Shown: one piece after another, positions 46,087 to 60,350 of the stretch
Position numbering within the stretch: the stretch's first letter is position 1
How the letters are laid out: each line of letters starts with the position of its first letter
From: Nemertoderma westbladi
Taxonomy: Eukaryota; Animalia; Xenacoelomorpha
Length of the DNA: 64,000 nt
NCBI GenBank assembly: GCA_032718475.1
Contig: JAUCBJ010008016.1
Span: 1 to 64,000 of the forward strand
Reading direction: 5' to 3'
The notes under the pieces: generated by a model
The model's input: the letters and a program-made list of their open reading frames with translations, nothing else
Databases searched by the model: none
What the model was told of the DNA's origin: nothing
Position numbers and translations under genes: made by a program

Positions 46087-47532
46087 ACACATACCATGAC
46101 AACTTTCCAAAAAAAATATATAATCGGCATGCTGCATTGTAGCTGCATTAGGAATGCTATGCTGGCTTAATGTACCGAACAAATTACGTAACACAACTCC
46201 CTATCACCAATGACTTCAAATCTTCGAAGCCTCTCAAAGACCAAGAAAATCATGACAAAATTGGGGGACGCTGCAAACTTCGCCCTCAAAATAAGTGTTT
46301 AACAACCTCGTTTATTATTTTGGTTAGAAACCTGTAACCCATCGCGGCATCGTGTCTGTAACCCATCGTGTCTGTAACCTGCTCCTTTCCCCCAATCGGG
46401 CGAAGGTTGGACGCGGGCGAAGATTGACCCATCCGTAGTAGGCAAGGTTCCATAACGTATAAGGTATAATATGTATGTCCCTGCAGGTCGGATGCCCAAT
46501 TGTTACAAGGTATGGAAGGTACAAATATTATATAAAACAGTTCAACTTATGTTTGGTTATAGTTTTCACATTATAGACATTTGGAATTTTTTATTACTCT
46601 ATTTAAAACTATCAGTAAAGTTGTAGATATGAAGGGGGTAATTTTGTTATAAAAAAAAGTTTTTCAAAACGACAAATCTGATGAGCATGATATCGTCAGT
46701 GATAATTGTAATTTAAGAAACTAACTATACCGCTCGTGAAGACTTCTCACCCTCCGTGGTTTCCTACTAAACAATCTGTTAGACCCCCAGTATTAAAGAC
46801 TGTGATTGTGTAAATAGAATTTGGGTAAAAATTGTTTAGTGATCGACCTTGTTTCCATGAGGTTGCCGTGAGGACCAGCCAGTGCATAATCTTGTACTTT
46901 GGTAGCCTCATGGAGTGAATAAGCATGGTGGACAGTCCATGACTTTCTTGAGACGCATCTTAAAGGACACTGGCCTTGAAGATTTGGATGATCTAGCAAA
47001 TGTCATGGGTGATAGGGAGTTGTGGCGGTGCAATTTTGTCGATAAGCCGGCACAGCATTCTTAAAAATGCAGCTGCAATGCAGCATGCCGATCCTAGTAG
47101 TTGTTTCCATGGATTGGAGGGCACTTTTAATTTTCCAGTTTTTATTTCTCAACTATTTCATGATAAATATAATTGCGCCAGGAAGATTCTGAAACATTAT
47201 ATAATAACTGAAAATTAAATAAAAGGCATTAAAATTAATTATTGGCTTGCGATTTTAAAATATTTGAATACCTTTTAATATATTTTTATTATATGTCTCA
47301 GTGCAATATCTTCATACATAAAAATACATTCTTGGCGTTTTTCTGTTTCTTCTTAATCTTACAAGTACGAAGTCAAAATTATTTCAGCGAAAAAATAACA
47401 TTTCAACATTACAATGGAAACGCGAATGTCGTCCTATATTGTTTAAATTAAACATATATACAGAGAGAACAACATACTGACATAGTAAAAGGTGAAAAAG
47501 AAATAATAATAAAGGATTGACTAGTGAATTTG

Positions 47533-48713
47533 TGTTCGCGCTTTTGAAGACCTTTAGCAGTTTAACCTGCCAAAATTTATATGTCTTTTAGTTAATTAAC
47601 ACACCTTTAGCATACGACAATATTTTATGCTAATAAACAAAACATTAGCCGAAGCCAGCCCATGCGCGATCATTCACCCGATGGATCTACACCCGGGAGG
47701 CTGAATTCGGATGCTTAGATTTTATTATTGCAGTGTAAGGTTGCAGTGTAAGCCTACTGTATTATTCGATTGATCGCTAATATGTAATTTCTGACAGATA
47801 TTATTAACTTTCGGGAAATATTAACAGTTCCTTTAGGACGTGGCGCTCTATCTATTTAAACAGAGCTAGGACTTATACTAAACGCAACGATAAGGCTTAT
47901 GATTAAAGTATAAGTCGCATTCTTTAGGAAATGCTTTGTTACCAGTCACATCACACTCACAATCATGCACACTATTCTGCCGACCGTCAGTATATTTGAT
48001 CACACATAAAGAGAACAGCAATTGACTCAGGTAGTGTCTACTAAATAACATTAGATTCAATACACACCACATTGATATAAATCGCAATTGTTATATATAG
48101 CCGGTCTCTCTAACCTGTAGTGTATCAAGAAATTGGGAAATTTGGGTGATTTATCAATATTCTCCAAATGACAATATTTCATCAACAAATCGATACAATT
48201 AATAACTGACGGTAAATAGCAGTACAAACAATATGATTAGTGCAATTAAATTAAGTGAGGTAACACTGCCGGTAACAGTTATACTTTCTATAATCTAAGC
48301 AGTTTTACTAGAGTTGTTCCAAAAGCCGGTGTTATGGCGAAAATGGGAACACAACAACAGAAACATGTGACTACTGCTCTATATGAAGATACCAAAAACT
48401 CTTATTCCACGAAGCCCCGTTCAACACAGAGGATGAGCATAGAGATAGGAAATTCAGTTCAGTAGCGCTGGGATAGGTCGAAATCAACGCCCACGCAAAT
48501 TCTATTGGCCGACACGGGCAGCAAGGCTAAGGCAACCTCTCTAAGCTAGTTGGCCGATTAAACTGAGCCCAGATATCTCCGTATAGCACATCAGCCAATA
48601 AGCTGGTAGCTTGCACTATTTTAGTTATAAATCCCTTTGAGAGTATTCTAGCGACTGGGGGGGAACTGGCCAGCAAAGGCAAACGTATCAGTTATCCCAC
48701 AAAAGCTTTTACA
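47533..48713 (-). repeat. 3' LTR of element B
   Basis: tgttcgcg...cttttaca; direct repeat of 57184-58364. Confidence 0.96.
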
Positions 48714-48799
48714 CCGCTCCCAGAAAATGGGATTTAAGTCTATAAAATATACAAAATCACAGTTTCTCAAATACGAAAATACTCTAAACAGTTAGTCTT

Positions 48800-49507
48800 T
48801 CATGCGCGGACGGCGTTTACGCAGTTTTTTAAAGCTAGCCAGAGTCTTTTTCTCTTTGGGGCGAGCCACTTTACAAGGAGGGCTATAACTCCTGGGTGAA
48901 GGGTGCAATATGATTGCATCAGAGGGTATAGGATTATGGTCGGTGTATCCGCCAGTCGAAGTGCCGAGTTGATTGACATCAACGTCGGGGAGAGGGGTCT
49001 AACGGCTTTGAGAGCTCGTTTCAAGACAGCCGCTCTTACGGGTCCTTTACGAGTGGTCTGAACGAGGGCCGTGGATGGACCATAGGCAGTTAGAAACTTC
49101 CTTGGTTTAATGGTTCTTTCCAACTCGCGTTCGCGGGCTCGGTACTCGTAAGGCCGTCGATATACTTCCTGTAACTCGGGGTGTGAGTTGACAAATAAGT
49201 CTCCATAGGCCGGATCTTGACGGATAAAGTTTATTAAGTTGTAAGAATTGATGTCACTCGGATTAATGCTCCTGAGAAATTTGCGTACATATTTGGTTGA
49301 AATACATTCTCCAACGCGCTTCAGTAGTTCATAACTTGATAGGCGTGATTTCTGCTCGACGGAGGCAAACAAATAAGGATGGAACGCATAAACTCTTTCG
49401 TAAGCGCGTCGAGGGTAATAGCGATGGCGTGAATCACAATGTAAATCAGCGCTCGCTTCCCAAGCTCTGATGTAACGTAGTGTGATCATTTCATCTACGC
49501 TTTCCAA
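48800..49507 (-). CDS. Orphan cargo ORF of element B (~230 aa, basic)
   Basis: Long open frame co-oriented with gag, ending just before the PPT. TTG start in the track, first ATG a few codons in. No recognisable domain. Confidence 0.5.
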   Translation of the reverse strand: MESVDEMITLRYIRAWEASADLHCDSRHRYYPRRAYERVYAFHPYLFASVEQKSRLSSYELLKRVGECISTKYVRKFLRSINPSDINSYNLINFIRQDPAYGDLFVNSHPELQEVYRRPYEYRARERELERTIKPRKFLTAYGPSTALVQTTRKGPVRAAVLKRALKAVRPLSPTLMSINSALRLADTPTIILYPLMQSYCTLHPGVIALLVKWLAPKRKRLWLALKNCVNAVRA

Positions 49508-49841
49508 ATCGTTACTAAAAAGGGCAATCGAAACTGGCGCGTCCCTTTAGTTGACAATGGTGACATTGAGTCATAAATTGAGGGCAAACCGCAAAAATGT
49601 GCAAGTTATTGAGTCTGTAATACGCGCAATAAATTTCCATCGTCGGTTGTTCGTGGAAATAGGAACAGCGGACGTCTGTGTCCATGGGCGTAACATGGTC
49701 TCTCGATGCGCATAACCGACAACGTTGCCGAGAAACATAGTTGGCATGGCGATAATCGTACGCAGTGAGACACTGTGGACTTTGATACCATTCTAGGAGG
49801 TAATCGTTGTCGTTGTTCCGGGCGCGATAGGCTGAATCTCC

Positions 49842-50240
49842 TCAGATTCTAGGCATATTGGTTCGTACTCCCAGTCTGTTACGAATAGAATTTTCGTGAT
49901 CTATTCTCGGTTTATCGTTACGACGCCGCTGGGTATGATATTTAAATAGAACCATTTCCCCTTCGGTGTCTACATCGTCCGTATCATGTAAATCGATAGG
50001 ATGGCCGGTAGTTAAGAAGTCCATATACGTACCATTACGATGCGTATAGCGAGCGGTTAATTTTCGATAGTCCAATTCACGCGTAAGTTGCTCTTGGGAC
50101 ATCGGCGGTTCGATATAACGACCATCGTCCTCCGTAATAGTCGGATCGGCTTCACCGCGTATCAAGCTATCCACAAACGCTTGTAAAGGTAGAGTATATC
50201 GCTCTCTAATACCAAGGTCATCTTCTATCAATTCCGTCAT
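49842..50240 (-). CDS. Orphan cargo ORF of element B (132 aa)
   Basis: ATG start preceded by acceptor-like ctcag/gcag; coding-like composition in an otherwise AT-rich region. Confidence 0.5.
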   Translation of the reverse strand: MTELIEDDLGIRERYTLPLQAFVDSLIRGEADPTITEDDGRYIEPPMSQEQLTRELDYRKLTARYTHRNGTYMDFLTTGHPIDLHDTDDVDTEGEMVLFKYHTQRRRNDKPRIDHENSIRNRLGVRTNMPRI

Positions 50241-51863
50241 ATCTGCTATCTGAGTTTATTAATATCAGTATGAGTTAATATTTAGGCAAGCGGGCGTCGC
50301 TGCCTACTAGTCTTTGCCCCCGGACAGTGGGTTTCTCAGCGCCGATGTACCGTGGTCGCGGTGTTTACGCCAACATGTAGCAACAGCACGACAACGATAA
50401 CCGGCACAAGTCCCACCACTGTCCGTCCCAAAAGCTTGAATCCACTTGAGGTTATCTCGGTAGAGTTAGGGCTATTTTACAATTGCGATTAGCTACTGTA
50501 AACACACTTTAGTAGTAACATTCACCTATAAACGCACAAATTCCATACAATCATTACTTATTGCACACATGCATGCCATTTGTCCGTTAGTCAGTGTCTT
50601 CCAGAATGTCACGTTATTACTATGTATCCTTGGATACTAATAGTGCGCTATGTATTCTCTTATGCTACGCAATGGGGCAAGCTTTTTATTGTTCCTTTAA
50701 CTTGCTTCTAATTCTAGCGTGGGTGTTGCCATGGTGACATTATGGAAAACTAGCGGTAGAATTAGGGTAATTCTCATGCATACAGATCTGGGATGTTATT
50801 TAATAGTAATTCTTTAATTGTCAATATCCTCTTTATGCATGATTTTATAAATTTTATCGGCTATTGACTATATATTGGAGATTCTCGCACTCTAGTACAC
50901 TCAATATGAATCTCCGCTCCCATGATCTATTAATTACTGGAATTTTGGGAATGTTATAAATTGCACAAATGACAATTTATGAAATTCATTTGAATATGAA
51001 TTTAAATTTATTCCCTCGAATTTTATTATTTGATGTTAAATTGGCACAAATTTTATTCCAGAGCATATCTGGGGACTTAGGATCCTTAATTCTATAAAAT
51101 CGTCCTTTTAAGAGTATCGGTAAGTGCTGCGATATCTTAATTGACTAGAAATTTTAAAGGATCGGAATTTTACAGATTTTAATAAATATTAAATTAATAT
51201 TTTGGATGGGCACCGATTTATTCCAGAACTTGTCTGGGGACGTTAACCACTGATTCTAGAATTTGTCTTTCAAGTATATCGGTGGGTGCCACGATATCTT
51301 AATCGACTAGAATTACAGATGGTCAAAAAGTTTAACAGATTTATTTGCGATTTACGCCACTGTTAGAGGGACATCACGCTACTATATGTATTATTTAATA
51401 TAAGGTAGAAGAGCAATATCGCACGAAGCAATGTCAGTGTGAAGAGGCAAGTCGTTTCCAAGGTCTACCCAGAGCTTGGTTTAGCCGAGACACGAGGATC
51501 TGAACTTTGCATTCCTAATACTCTGCCTACCAATAATACTTAAATATAGTAGTGGCTTTATTGTACTTTAAGAAGTACTGACATGTCATCTTACTATAGT
51601 CTCGCATTTATAATATAATACGGACAGTAAGGAAAGAGAAAAATAATTATTTCTCGCCGTCGCACTAAATATATATTATAAGTAATTACGTACGTAATAA
51701 ACACTAATATATTGCACTAATCTACTAAATAATCACTAAAATAACATTCTACTAAATAAAATTAAAGGAAATGATTATAATAAAATTACATAATAATACA
51801 TACATAAATATAAAATAAAAACAAATATAAAATGATATAGTCACACGCCCACTCCATATGTTA

Positions 51864-54800
51864 TTATGTTATGGAGTCCCTAGATATTTGTCGGATTAGG
51901 GAAGTGGTCGTAGGAAGAGTATCTTGCCTTCCATAGTTTCCGGACAGTTTTTGGTCTCTTTCCAGTAAACATAAACGACCAGCTGGGTGATTGGGTTGTC
52001 GTGTTACTTTCTCCGCTCCCTTGGCCTGTCTAATCTCAGCCGAGTTAAGGTGGGGAGGCCATTCATCTTCTTCTTTACTTAGGGAGTCGGGTCCACCTAA
52101 CCAGCCGGGAGTATCTATCCGTTCTTGAGGAGTCGCTCCTCTGGAAGCGATGTCGGCTAGATTAATCATCTCGGGGCGATGTCTCCATTGATCTTCATTG
52201 GAGTTAATATCGTCATTATCTGAGGAGTATGGTGTTCCCTCAGTTAGTTCGTCCACTTCACTGCTCTCCACTTCCCAACCATTTATCTTGCATATTCTTT
52301 CTGGTGGTAGTCTCTCTTCGAGAGTTCTGCGGGAAGGGCCAGTAAAGTACCAACCTACTCTAGTTCTTACCGCATAGGTTTGTAGTGGCTGCGGTTGAGC
52401 AGGTCGTTTTTCCAATGTCTCGAGCGCCTCGTGCGCGTTTTGGCCGATAAGTATTTGCACTCCAGGATAATCCGTCTGGAATCGAGGTATTTTAAGTTGT
52501 TGGATGCTCTTGTCCTCGTTCCAGTTATAAGGCTCTACTTGGGTATTAGCGAAGTTCTTTATAGCTACCATTTTTACTGACCTTATACTTTGTTCTCCTA
52601 ATTTATCCTGTGGGGTGGACAACGCACCTACATAGTAATCTGCCGTTATGGTAGATTTCCAAACCTGTATAACTCCTGACATATTTAACTTAGTTCGGAA
52701 TTTGGGTTGTCCAGCAAAGATGTCTTCGGCTAGTTCTTGATCGATGAATGTTCCTGTACTGCCGGAGTCAAGGAGGGCATTCACTATGTAACTTTTGTTA
52801 GGACCCTGAACTCTTACCTGCACTACAGGAAATTCTCTGATTCCTACGTTGGAAGTTGAAGGTTTCCAGGATGGTTGTCTGTCAAAGTTAGTTGGGGAGA
52901 ACTCATTGTCGGTGTCCTTTTCGTAAGTAAGTGCTCGATACACTGCGGTATTTATTAGGTAACAGGATTCGTTGGCGTCGGAGAATTCGTCCGTATAGAA
53001 TCCTTCCCACTCAGAACTTTGGTCAGTGTCGTTCACATCACTGAATTGGACATGTGATTTGGGCTCACTTACCTGACTCGGGCTGTTTCGTTCGAATTCA
53101 CTTTGTAACAAGATGTGATGTTTCGCACCGCACTTTGCACACTTTATGTCGGAGTAACAGGTTCGCCGCTGGTGTCCGCGTCTGAGGCAATTATAGCATA
53201 ACCGCTTGTCCCACACAACTGTACGTCTGTCTACAAGGGATTTCTTTAGGAATTCCGCACACGCACTCAAACGGTGGGGCCCGTCGCACAGCGCACAGTT
53301 GGGTTTAATGTTACTCACCTTATTTTGGGTGACGTTATGCACTCTAGTTCTTTCTTCAGGCTTTCTTCCATGTACTCTGTTAGGAAACTGAAGAGGAGTC
53401 TTAGCAACCTGTTCTCTCCTGTCATGGGTTCGAGCTTTAGATTTACTTACGTCCTTTGAGGTCTTGTTAACATAGTAAAATTTCTCGGTGTCTTTCCCGC
53501 TGTCTTCTTCTTGAGAAGCTTGGCTTTCGCCGTCATCAGTATAACACACCGGTGTTACTCTTCTCCTAGAAACGGGTTTCTCACTTACCTTATTTTCCGG
53601 TGTTTTCTCTTTGGATTGCTTTAGGAGTTGTAATTTCACTTCGCCATCCAAGAATGACATGAGATCAGCCATGGTAGGGTCTCGTTGTTGTTGTTCCATC
53701 GTATATAACACCTTCTTGTCCCAGCGTGTACCTACTCCACCCTTGGGCAAAGTAGATGCTAAGGCTCCTACAACCATAGAATTCTGGTATTCATGAGACT
53801 TACCTAACCAATCTAGTTGTCTACAGATCTCCTGAATCTCATCGGAAAACTCTATAATCCCGCTGCTAAGAAACTTTCGGGGGGCCATTAATTTCGCATA
53901 TAAATACCTAGCTATGTTATTCCTATTACCATACCTGATGTTTAGTGTATCCCAAACTTGTCTTAATCCATCTGGATGTCCAATAAATTTTAACGCCATT
54001 GACTTGGGAGGTCCTTCCAAGCACTCGATGAGGAATCTAAGTTTCTCTCCGTTGGATAACACAGAGTTCTGTATGTTATCTTTATAATATTCATTAAAAG
54101 GTAACCATTTCATCTCATCTCCATTGAACTTGACTATCTCTCCAACCTTTACCGCTTGACGGGCTTCGGTTCTAGCCATTTGACGCGTAAAACTTTCTTG
54201 GGCCATCGTGTTATTGAATATCGAGTTATCGGTATATAAATTTCTCGGATTATTATCAGGTCTATTGGGAATGTCATTAACAACAGGCGTAAAATCACCC
54301 TTAATAGGGTTTGCTATAGGAGTTTCTACTTCACTAGCATTATAGATGCGTGTAGGCTCCACACCTTGCGCATGTAATACTTCAGACCTAACAGGCTGAC
54401 ACACTGTTACAGGGGTTATTGGTATTCCCTTTTGTAGGTTGACTAATTTGTCGCATTCTAGTGCGATACTTTGCTGCACTTTTTGCAACTCTAACCTACT
54501 TTCCCTTACTGTTCCCTTGAGCTGCTGAACAGTCTCTTCCATTTCCCTGACCTGCTGAGAGGAGCACAAACAGTGTTCCCTCAGCTCATCTCCCGTCGTC
54601 CCTCAGCTACCCACTCAACCGCCGAAGCGGGAGTCGCCAACGTAGTAGCGGGCGAGCGAGAGACGACGGGCGATAAATTCTTGATACCTCGCTCGGCGTC
54701 CAGGACGGGTTCGGACTCGGGAACAGTCCTACTGGGCACAGGTAGTCTTCTGGTTTGTTTCTTCAAGTACTCTTGTTTCGCCTGAAGGTTTTCCAGCTCT

Positions 54801-54997
54801 AGTTGGATAGTCGCTTCAGACGTCTTCCGTTCTGCTTCTGCCACTGCCTCTGCCGCTTTTCTTTCTGCTTCTGTTGCTGCTACTTTTCTTTCCGCTTCTT
54901 TTCTGTCTTCTCTCCTTTCAAGACACTGTCCAAGTCGACGACTCATTCTAAAACCCTCTAAGAGACTATCTGACAATGTTTGTGTTGTGTCAGACAT
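51864..54997 (-). pseudogene. Gag-protease ORF of element B, frameshifted by a 16-bp deletion near 54587
   Basis: Paralogue of 601-4155; lacks gctcgagcaggagacc present in copy A, which splits it into 54581-54997 and 51864-54569. Confidence 0.88.
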
Positions 54998-57183
54998 TTC
55001 GCTTTATACAGTTGGATGCCTACTGCTATATATACAGTTAAAGCAAGTCTAGTAATTCAGTATCACTGCTAGCCTAATAATTAATTACCGATACTGCTAC
55101 TCAATGTAGCGTGATATATATATATAATATATTAGAATACCGGTATGCTTATAGTATATATAAGTATTATTACAGACTAGATTTGTCACAGAGTACCGGT
55201 ATATAAATTTAGCACAAATATATATATAAATATATAATAGGCCTATCGTGGATACCAGTATACAGCTTACACTTATAATATATATAAAGTATAATTATGA
55301 ACTAAAATTAATTACAGAGTACCGGTATGATTTCAGCTCAAATTTATAGAAATAAATATAATAAGCCTATGGTAAGTACCGGTATGTCAATTATTTTTAG
55401 AATAATTGAATTCCTGAATATTTTAGGGTTACTTAGTTACTTTAACTTACTTTGTTACCGTTATTTAAGCAGTAGTCCAACTGATATTGAGACCTAGTTG
55501 TTGTATGGCAGGCCTACTATTTATAAATCGTTTGAGTTGATTTATAATAGATATATACCCGTTTAAAAGGGGTTTTGTTAATATTTGAAATAAATGTTAT
55601 TATTTCTGGGGGAGTCACTACACAGAAGCTGTGCGCTCTCCGTGAAGTGCTATTTATTGGACACTAAAACTGATAATTCTACTTCCTAAGTTACTTATCT
55701 ACAAATTACTTACGATACGGGTGAGATTAAATCTCTAGTTAAACACAACAAAAATATTACGTACGAATTTTTAGGGTAATTTTACAGGAAGTCTACAAAC
55801 CAGCCTAACAAAGGGTTAGATTTCTGGTTATTACAACGGACAGGGTACTACAGTATTTGAAATAATAAGTAGTAGTAAATATATTGTACTGTCCAGATAG
55901 GAAAATACCACCGCCTGACGACCTATAACCGTATCGCTATAGGTACTACGTTATGTATCACGGATTGTTCCTACCCAGAAGCTAATAGAGCTAACGAATG
56001 TGCCTATCAACCACTTTACAACACAAATACACTGCCTACACTAATTACTTCGGAAAGCACTGTACACTAAACCCTAAATTAGGTACAAGTACCGGTATAA
56101 CAAATAATCAGTAGTTAAATATACTTGAACAGTTAAAAGAACCACGGCATCTGCTGGAGTGACCGAAGCACAAAATCTCCAGTCTTTACCTACGCCGAGC
56201 AGCCCTGATGTAGTACCGGGGTTAGTTTAACTATAACGGTATGTATAACAAGCACAATTACTGTAGGAATAAACTTGGGGACATGAATGTTGCGAATAAT
56301 CGCATAAACTCTGAATAATAAATATTACGCTACCCGTACAGAATACTCAAACAAATACAAACCAAACGCTGGCAGACTACTATTAAGCCTAAACAAACTA
56401 CAGTATGTGCAGATTCTGAAACTGTTAGTTAGTATGCGTTCTAACACGGTAGTACGACTTACTCTTTAAGAGGGGATTGACCTTACCGCATATGGCTGCC
56501 CCAACTTACTAACGGCACTTTATCAGACCAACTCTACACACGCAGCAATCCCTTCAGACCTAAAAATAGCTAGACAACAATCCAGCCTACAAATATTTGA
56601 GTAATAACTATTACGGTACCTGAACAGACCACACAAACAAACACAGGCCAAAACACTGGCAGACTACGATCAAGCCTAAATAAACTACAGTATATGCAGA
56701 CTCTGAAACTGTTAGTTAGTATGCGTTCTAACACGGTAGTACGACTTATTCTTTAAGAGGGGATTGACCTTACCGCATATGGCTGCCCCAACTTACTAAC
56801 GGCACTTTATCAGACAAACTCTACACACGCCGTAATCTCTCCAAACTCAACAACAGTCAGACAGCAGCTCAGCCTACAATTATCTGAATAATCTGAGCAG
56901 GGTCACACGCCTTCTGCTCAATATTAGCCTACTAGTAAATAAAACCGACAGAAATAAGTAGAATCTCAAATAAAAATCAGGGCGGCCGTTCCCTGATTAA
57001 GTACCAAGACCTACCGGTATACAACAATCAAAATCGAATAATACTAATGTACTTGTACAGCAGTACCGGTACCGGTGATGACAGTTAGGCCTACTGACCT
57101 ACAGAAGCACCGGTTCAGTTTTACCAGTCACTACGGTATTTTGCAACCTTATTGCCTACTGCAATAAGATTATAAACTGTTAC

Positions 57184-58364
57184 TGTTCGCGCTTTTGAAG
57201 ACCTTTAGCAGTTTAACCTGCCAAAATTTATATGTCTTTTAGTTAATTAACACACCTTTAGCATACGACAATATTTTATGCTAATAAACAAAACATTAGC
57301 CGAAGCCAGCCCATGCGCGATCATTCACCCGATGGATCTACACCCGGGAGGCTGAATTCGGATGCTTAGATTTTATTATTGCAGTGTAAGGTTGCAGTGT
57401 AAGCCTACTGTATTATTCGATTGATCGCTAATATGTAATTTCTGACAGATATTATTAACTTTCGGGAAATATTAACAGTTCCTTTAGGACGTGGCGCTCT
57501 ATCTATTTAAACAGAGCTAGGACTTATACTAAACGCAACGATAAGGCTTATGATTAAAGTATAAGTCGCATTCTTTAGGAAATGCTTTGTTACCAGTCAC
57601 ATCACACTCACAATCATGCACACTATTCTGCCGACCGTCAGTATATTTGATCACACATAAAGAGAACAGCAATTGACTCAGGTAGTGTCTACTAAATAAC
57701 ATTAGATTCAATACACACCACATTGATATAAATCGCAATTGTTATATATAGCCGGTCTCTCTAACCTGTAGTGTATCAAGAAATTGGGAAATTTGGGTGA
57801 TTTATCAATATTCTCCAAATGACAATATTTCATCAACAAATCGATACAATTAATAACTGACGGTAAATAGCAGTACAAACAATATGATTAGTGCAATTAA
57901 ATTAAGTGAGGTAACACTGCCGGTAACAGTTATACTTTCTATAATCTAAGCAGTTTTACTAGAGTTGTTCCAAAAGCCGGTGTTATGGCGAAAATGGGAA
58001 CACAACAACAGAAACATGTGACTACTGCTCTATATGAAGATACCAAAAACTCTTATTCCACGAAGCCCCGTTCAACACAGAGGATGAGCATAGAGATAGG
58101 AAATTCAGTTCAGTAGCGCTGGGATAGGTCGAAATCAACGCCCACGCAAATTCTATTGGCCGACACGGGCAGCAAGGCTAAGGCAACCTCTCTAAGCTAG
58201 TTGGCCGATTAAACTGAGCCCAGATATCTCCGTATAGCACATCAGCCAATAAGCTGGTAGCTTGCACTATTTTAGTTATAAATCCCTTTGAGAGTATTCT
58301 AGCGACTGGGGGGGAACTGGCCAGCAAAGGCAAACGTATCAGTTATCCCACAAAAGCTTTTACA
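57184..58364 (-). repeat. 5' LTR of element B
   Basis: Direct repeat of 47533-48713; followed by TSD ATTTG. Confidence 0.96.
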
Positions 58365-58919
58365 ATTTGAGACATAAATGAGATCGGACCATATTTATAT
58401 CATCTTGTACTCCATGATAATAAAAATGTGAAAAAATTATGTATATACAACGATATGATCTTCTGTAACATTATTTACACATAATTTAATAAATTTAATA
58501 AATGCCGCACTTTAATATCCAATGTTGACCTTGATACTAAAAGTAACTCAATTTAAATAAAATTTTATGTGAGAATCCGTCATAATGCCACGGAGACAGA
58601 ATTATTATTGAAAAAAACAGAAACATATTAACCGAATATTATGCAGCTTTAAGAATAATTAATGAAATTCTCCGTCTACAATAAATGCCGAATAATTAAA
58701 TTAGCAACATAAATTTCAGAAAAATAACTATAGGAATTTATATAATATATATAAATCTTTCACTCAACAAATTATTAAACAATTTTAATTAATATGGCAC
58801 CTTTATAGCTGGAAATGGGATAATTAAATTCTGGAATAAATACAAGATTAAGCAAGCGAAAGTGAAGTAAATAGACTTGTGCGGTTCATTTATTATCAAC
58901 AATAAAGCCATCGACGTAC

Positions 58920-59496
58920 TTCCGAATCGGAGCTAATTTCCGACGCAATTCGCCTCCGACGCTATCCGATCTCATATAGTCAACCGGCGGTTTCTGCGAA
59001 GGTTTGGCTACTTCGTCTGCTGACTGCACTGTTGGTTCAGTATGATCAGTAACAGGCGGTGTTGGTGAGTGTCGTGTATCTGATTGGTCTGAAGATATCC
59101 TCGGCGGTTGTCCGTTCTCTGATTGGTTATCAGATACACTAGGTTGTGGTCCGTTCTCTGATTGGTTATCAGATACACTAGGTTGTGGTCCGTTCTCTGA
59201 TTGGTTATCAGATACACTAGGTTGTGGTCCGTTCTCTGATTGGTTATCAGATACACTAGGTTGTGGTCCGTTCTCTGATTGGTTATCAGATACACTAGGT
59301 TGTGGTCCGTTCTCTGATTGGTTATCAGAGACTAGAGGCTTGTCATCCACATCTGATTGGTCGACAGATTGACTTGCTTGGTCCATTTCTCGGGATGGTT
59401 CAACGTTTTGTTTCTCAGTTTCTTTCACTACCGGTTTCTCAGACACTGGAATAACTATGTTCTCGGGAATTTGTGATGGTGGTTGTTGCTCAGCAA
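58920..59496 (-). CDS. Host gene coding exon with 13-aa repeats
   Basis: Acceptor ttcttgtcattttcag, donor GAA|GTACGT; phase-1 join with exon 59752-59895 is in frame. Confidence 0.75.
59110..59335 (-). repeat. 39-bp exonic VNTR encoding SDNQSENGPQPSV (~6 copies)
   Basis: Near-perfect units ccgttctctgattggttatcagatacactaggttgtggt; frame-preserving. Confidence 0.95.
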
Positions 59497-59751
59497 CTGA
59501 AAATGACAAGAAAATACAAAAAACAATCTGTTTAGTGTACACAATAACGCAGACTGTATAAATGTTGTTTCTACCACAATATACATGTACAATGTTACAA
59601 TGTATGTAAGTACAACTAACCAACCAACCAAACAAACAAATAATAGTATCTTACACTAATTCCAGGGTCAATTTGTAGGGTTACTATTACTGTGTTCACC
59701 TAATATCGGTTCAGTAATCTTGGCCTACATACAGGTAGGCACGCGACATAC

Positions 59752-59895
59752 CGAATACAGAATCCTCTATATTTTCCACAACCCTATCCGAGTGATATCT
59801 CCGAGGTTCTTCAACTTTAATTGGCTCAATGATTTCTATATCGATAACTTTATCGCCAGATTTCGAATGCTTTCGGTGGGCTCTTAGTAACTCAT
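59752..59895 (-). CDS. Host gene coding exon (144 bp, DELLRAHRKH...NIEDSVF)
   Basis: Acceptor atcttttag, donor TCG|GTATGT; open in phase 1-1 and compatible with both neighbouring exons. Confidence 0.72.
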
Positions 59896-60267
59896 CTAAA
59901 AGATTAATTGTGTTCTATGAATACAAACACGACATATAACGACGATAGAGTAGTTTTTTGAGTTTAGATGCGGGTTCTATTAGACAGTGTAACACCGTTT
60001 ATTATTTCAGTGAAGTCCAAATAATGATAATAATTTAGCGAAAATTATTCAAGATAAGTTAGTTTAAATAGAAAATGGCAGTTAAGCTGTGAGGAGGCCT
60101 ACCATTAAGCCCGAACCCTAAATGCTCAGTTAGTCTTTAAATTTAGTATCAATGATTTACAATATATTTATAATTAAACTAAATGTTTCAAATCGCCAAA
60201 AACAATAGAAAAAACAATTCAGTTAATAAGACCTTACTGTAGTAATCCTACTGTAAAAGTTGCCATG

Positions 60268-60350
60268 TTTGTTAGAGCGCCTGTCTTCCAATCGGAATGC
60301 CGTGGGTTCGAGCCCCAGATAAGGAACAGTTTCCTCCCTCTCCTGTCACA
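60268..60350 (+). mobile_element. Degenerate tRNA-like head (possible SINE fragment)
   Basis: A-box-like gttagagcg and B-box ggttcgagccc at tRNA spacing; no complete cloverleaf. Confidence 0.4.

Larger units (their letters stand above)
47533..58364 (-). mobile_element. Complete non-autonomous BEL/Pao-type LTR element, copy B (10.8 kb)
   Basis: 1181-bp LTRs at 47533-48713 and 57184-58364 with no difference seen. TSD ATTTG (47528-47532 / 58365-58369). PPT-like GGGAGCGG on the minus strand next to 48713. Gag-PR only. Confidence 0.95.

Noticed and set aside
60268-60350. Functional tRNA gene
   Set aside because: Acceptor and anticodon stems cannot be formed; at most a SINE head or pseudogene.
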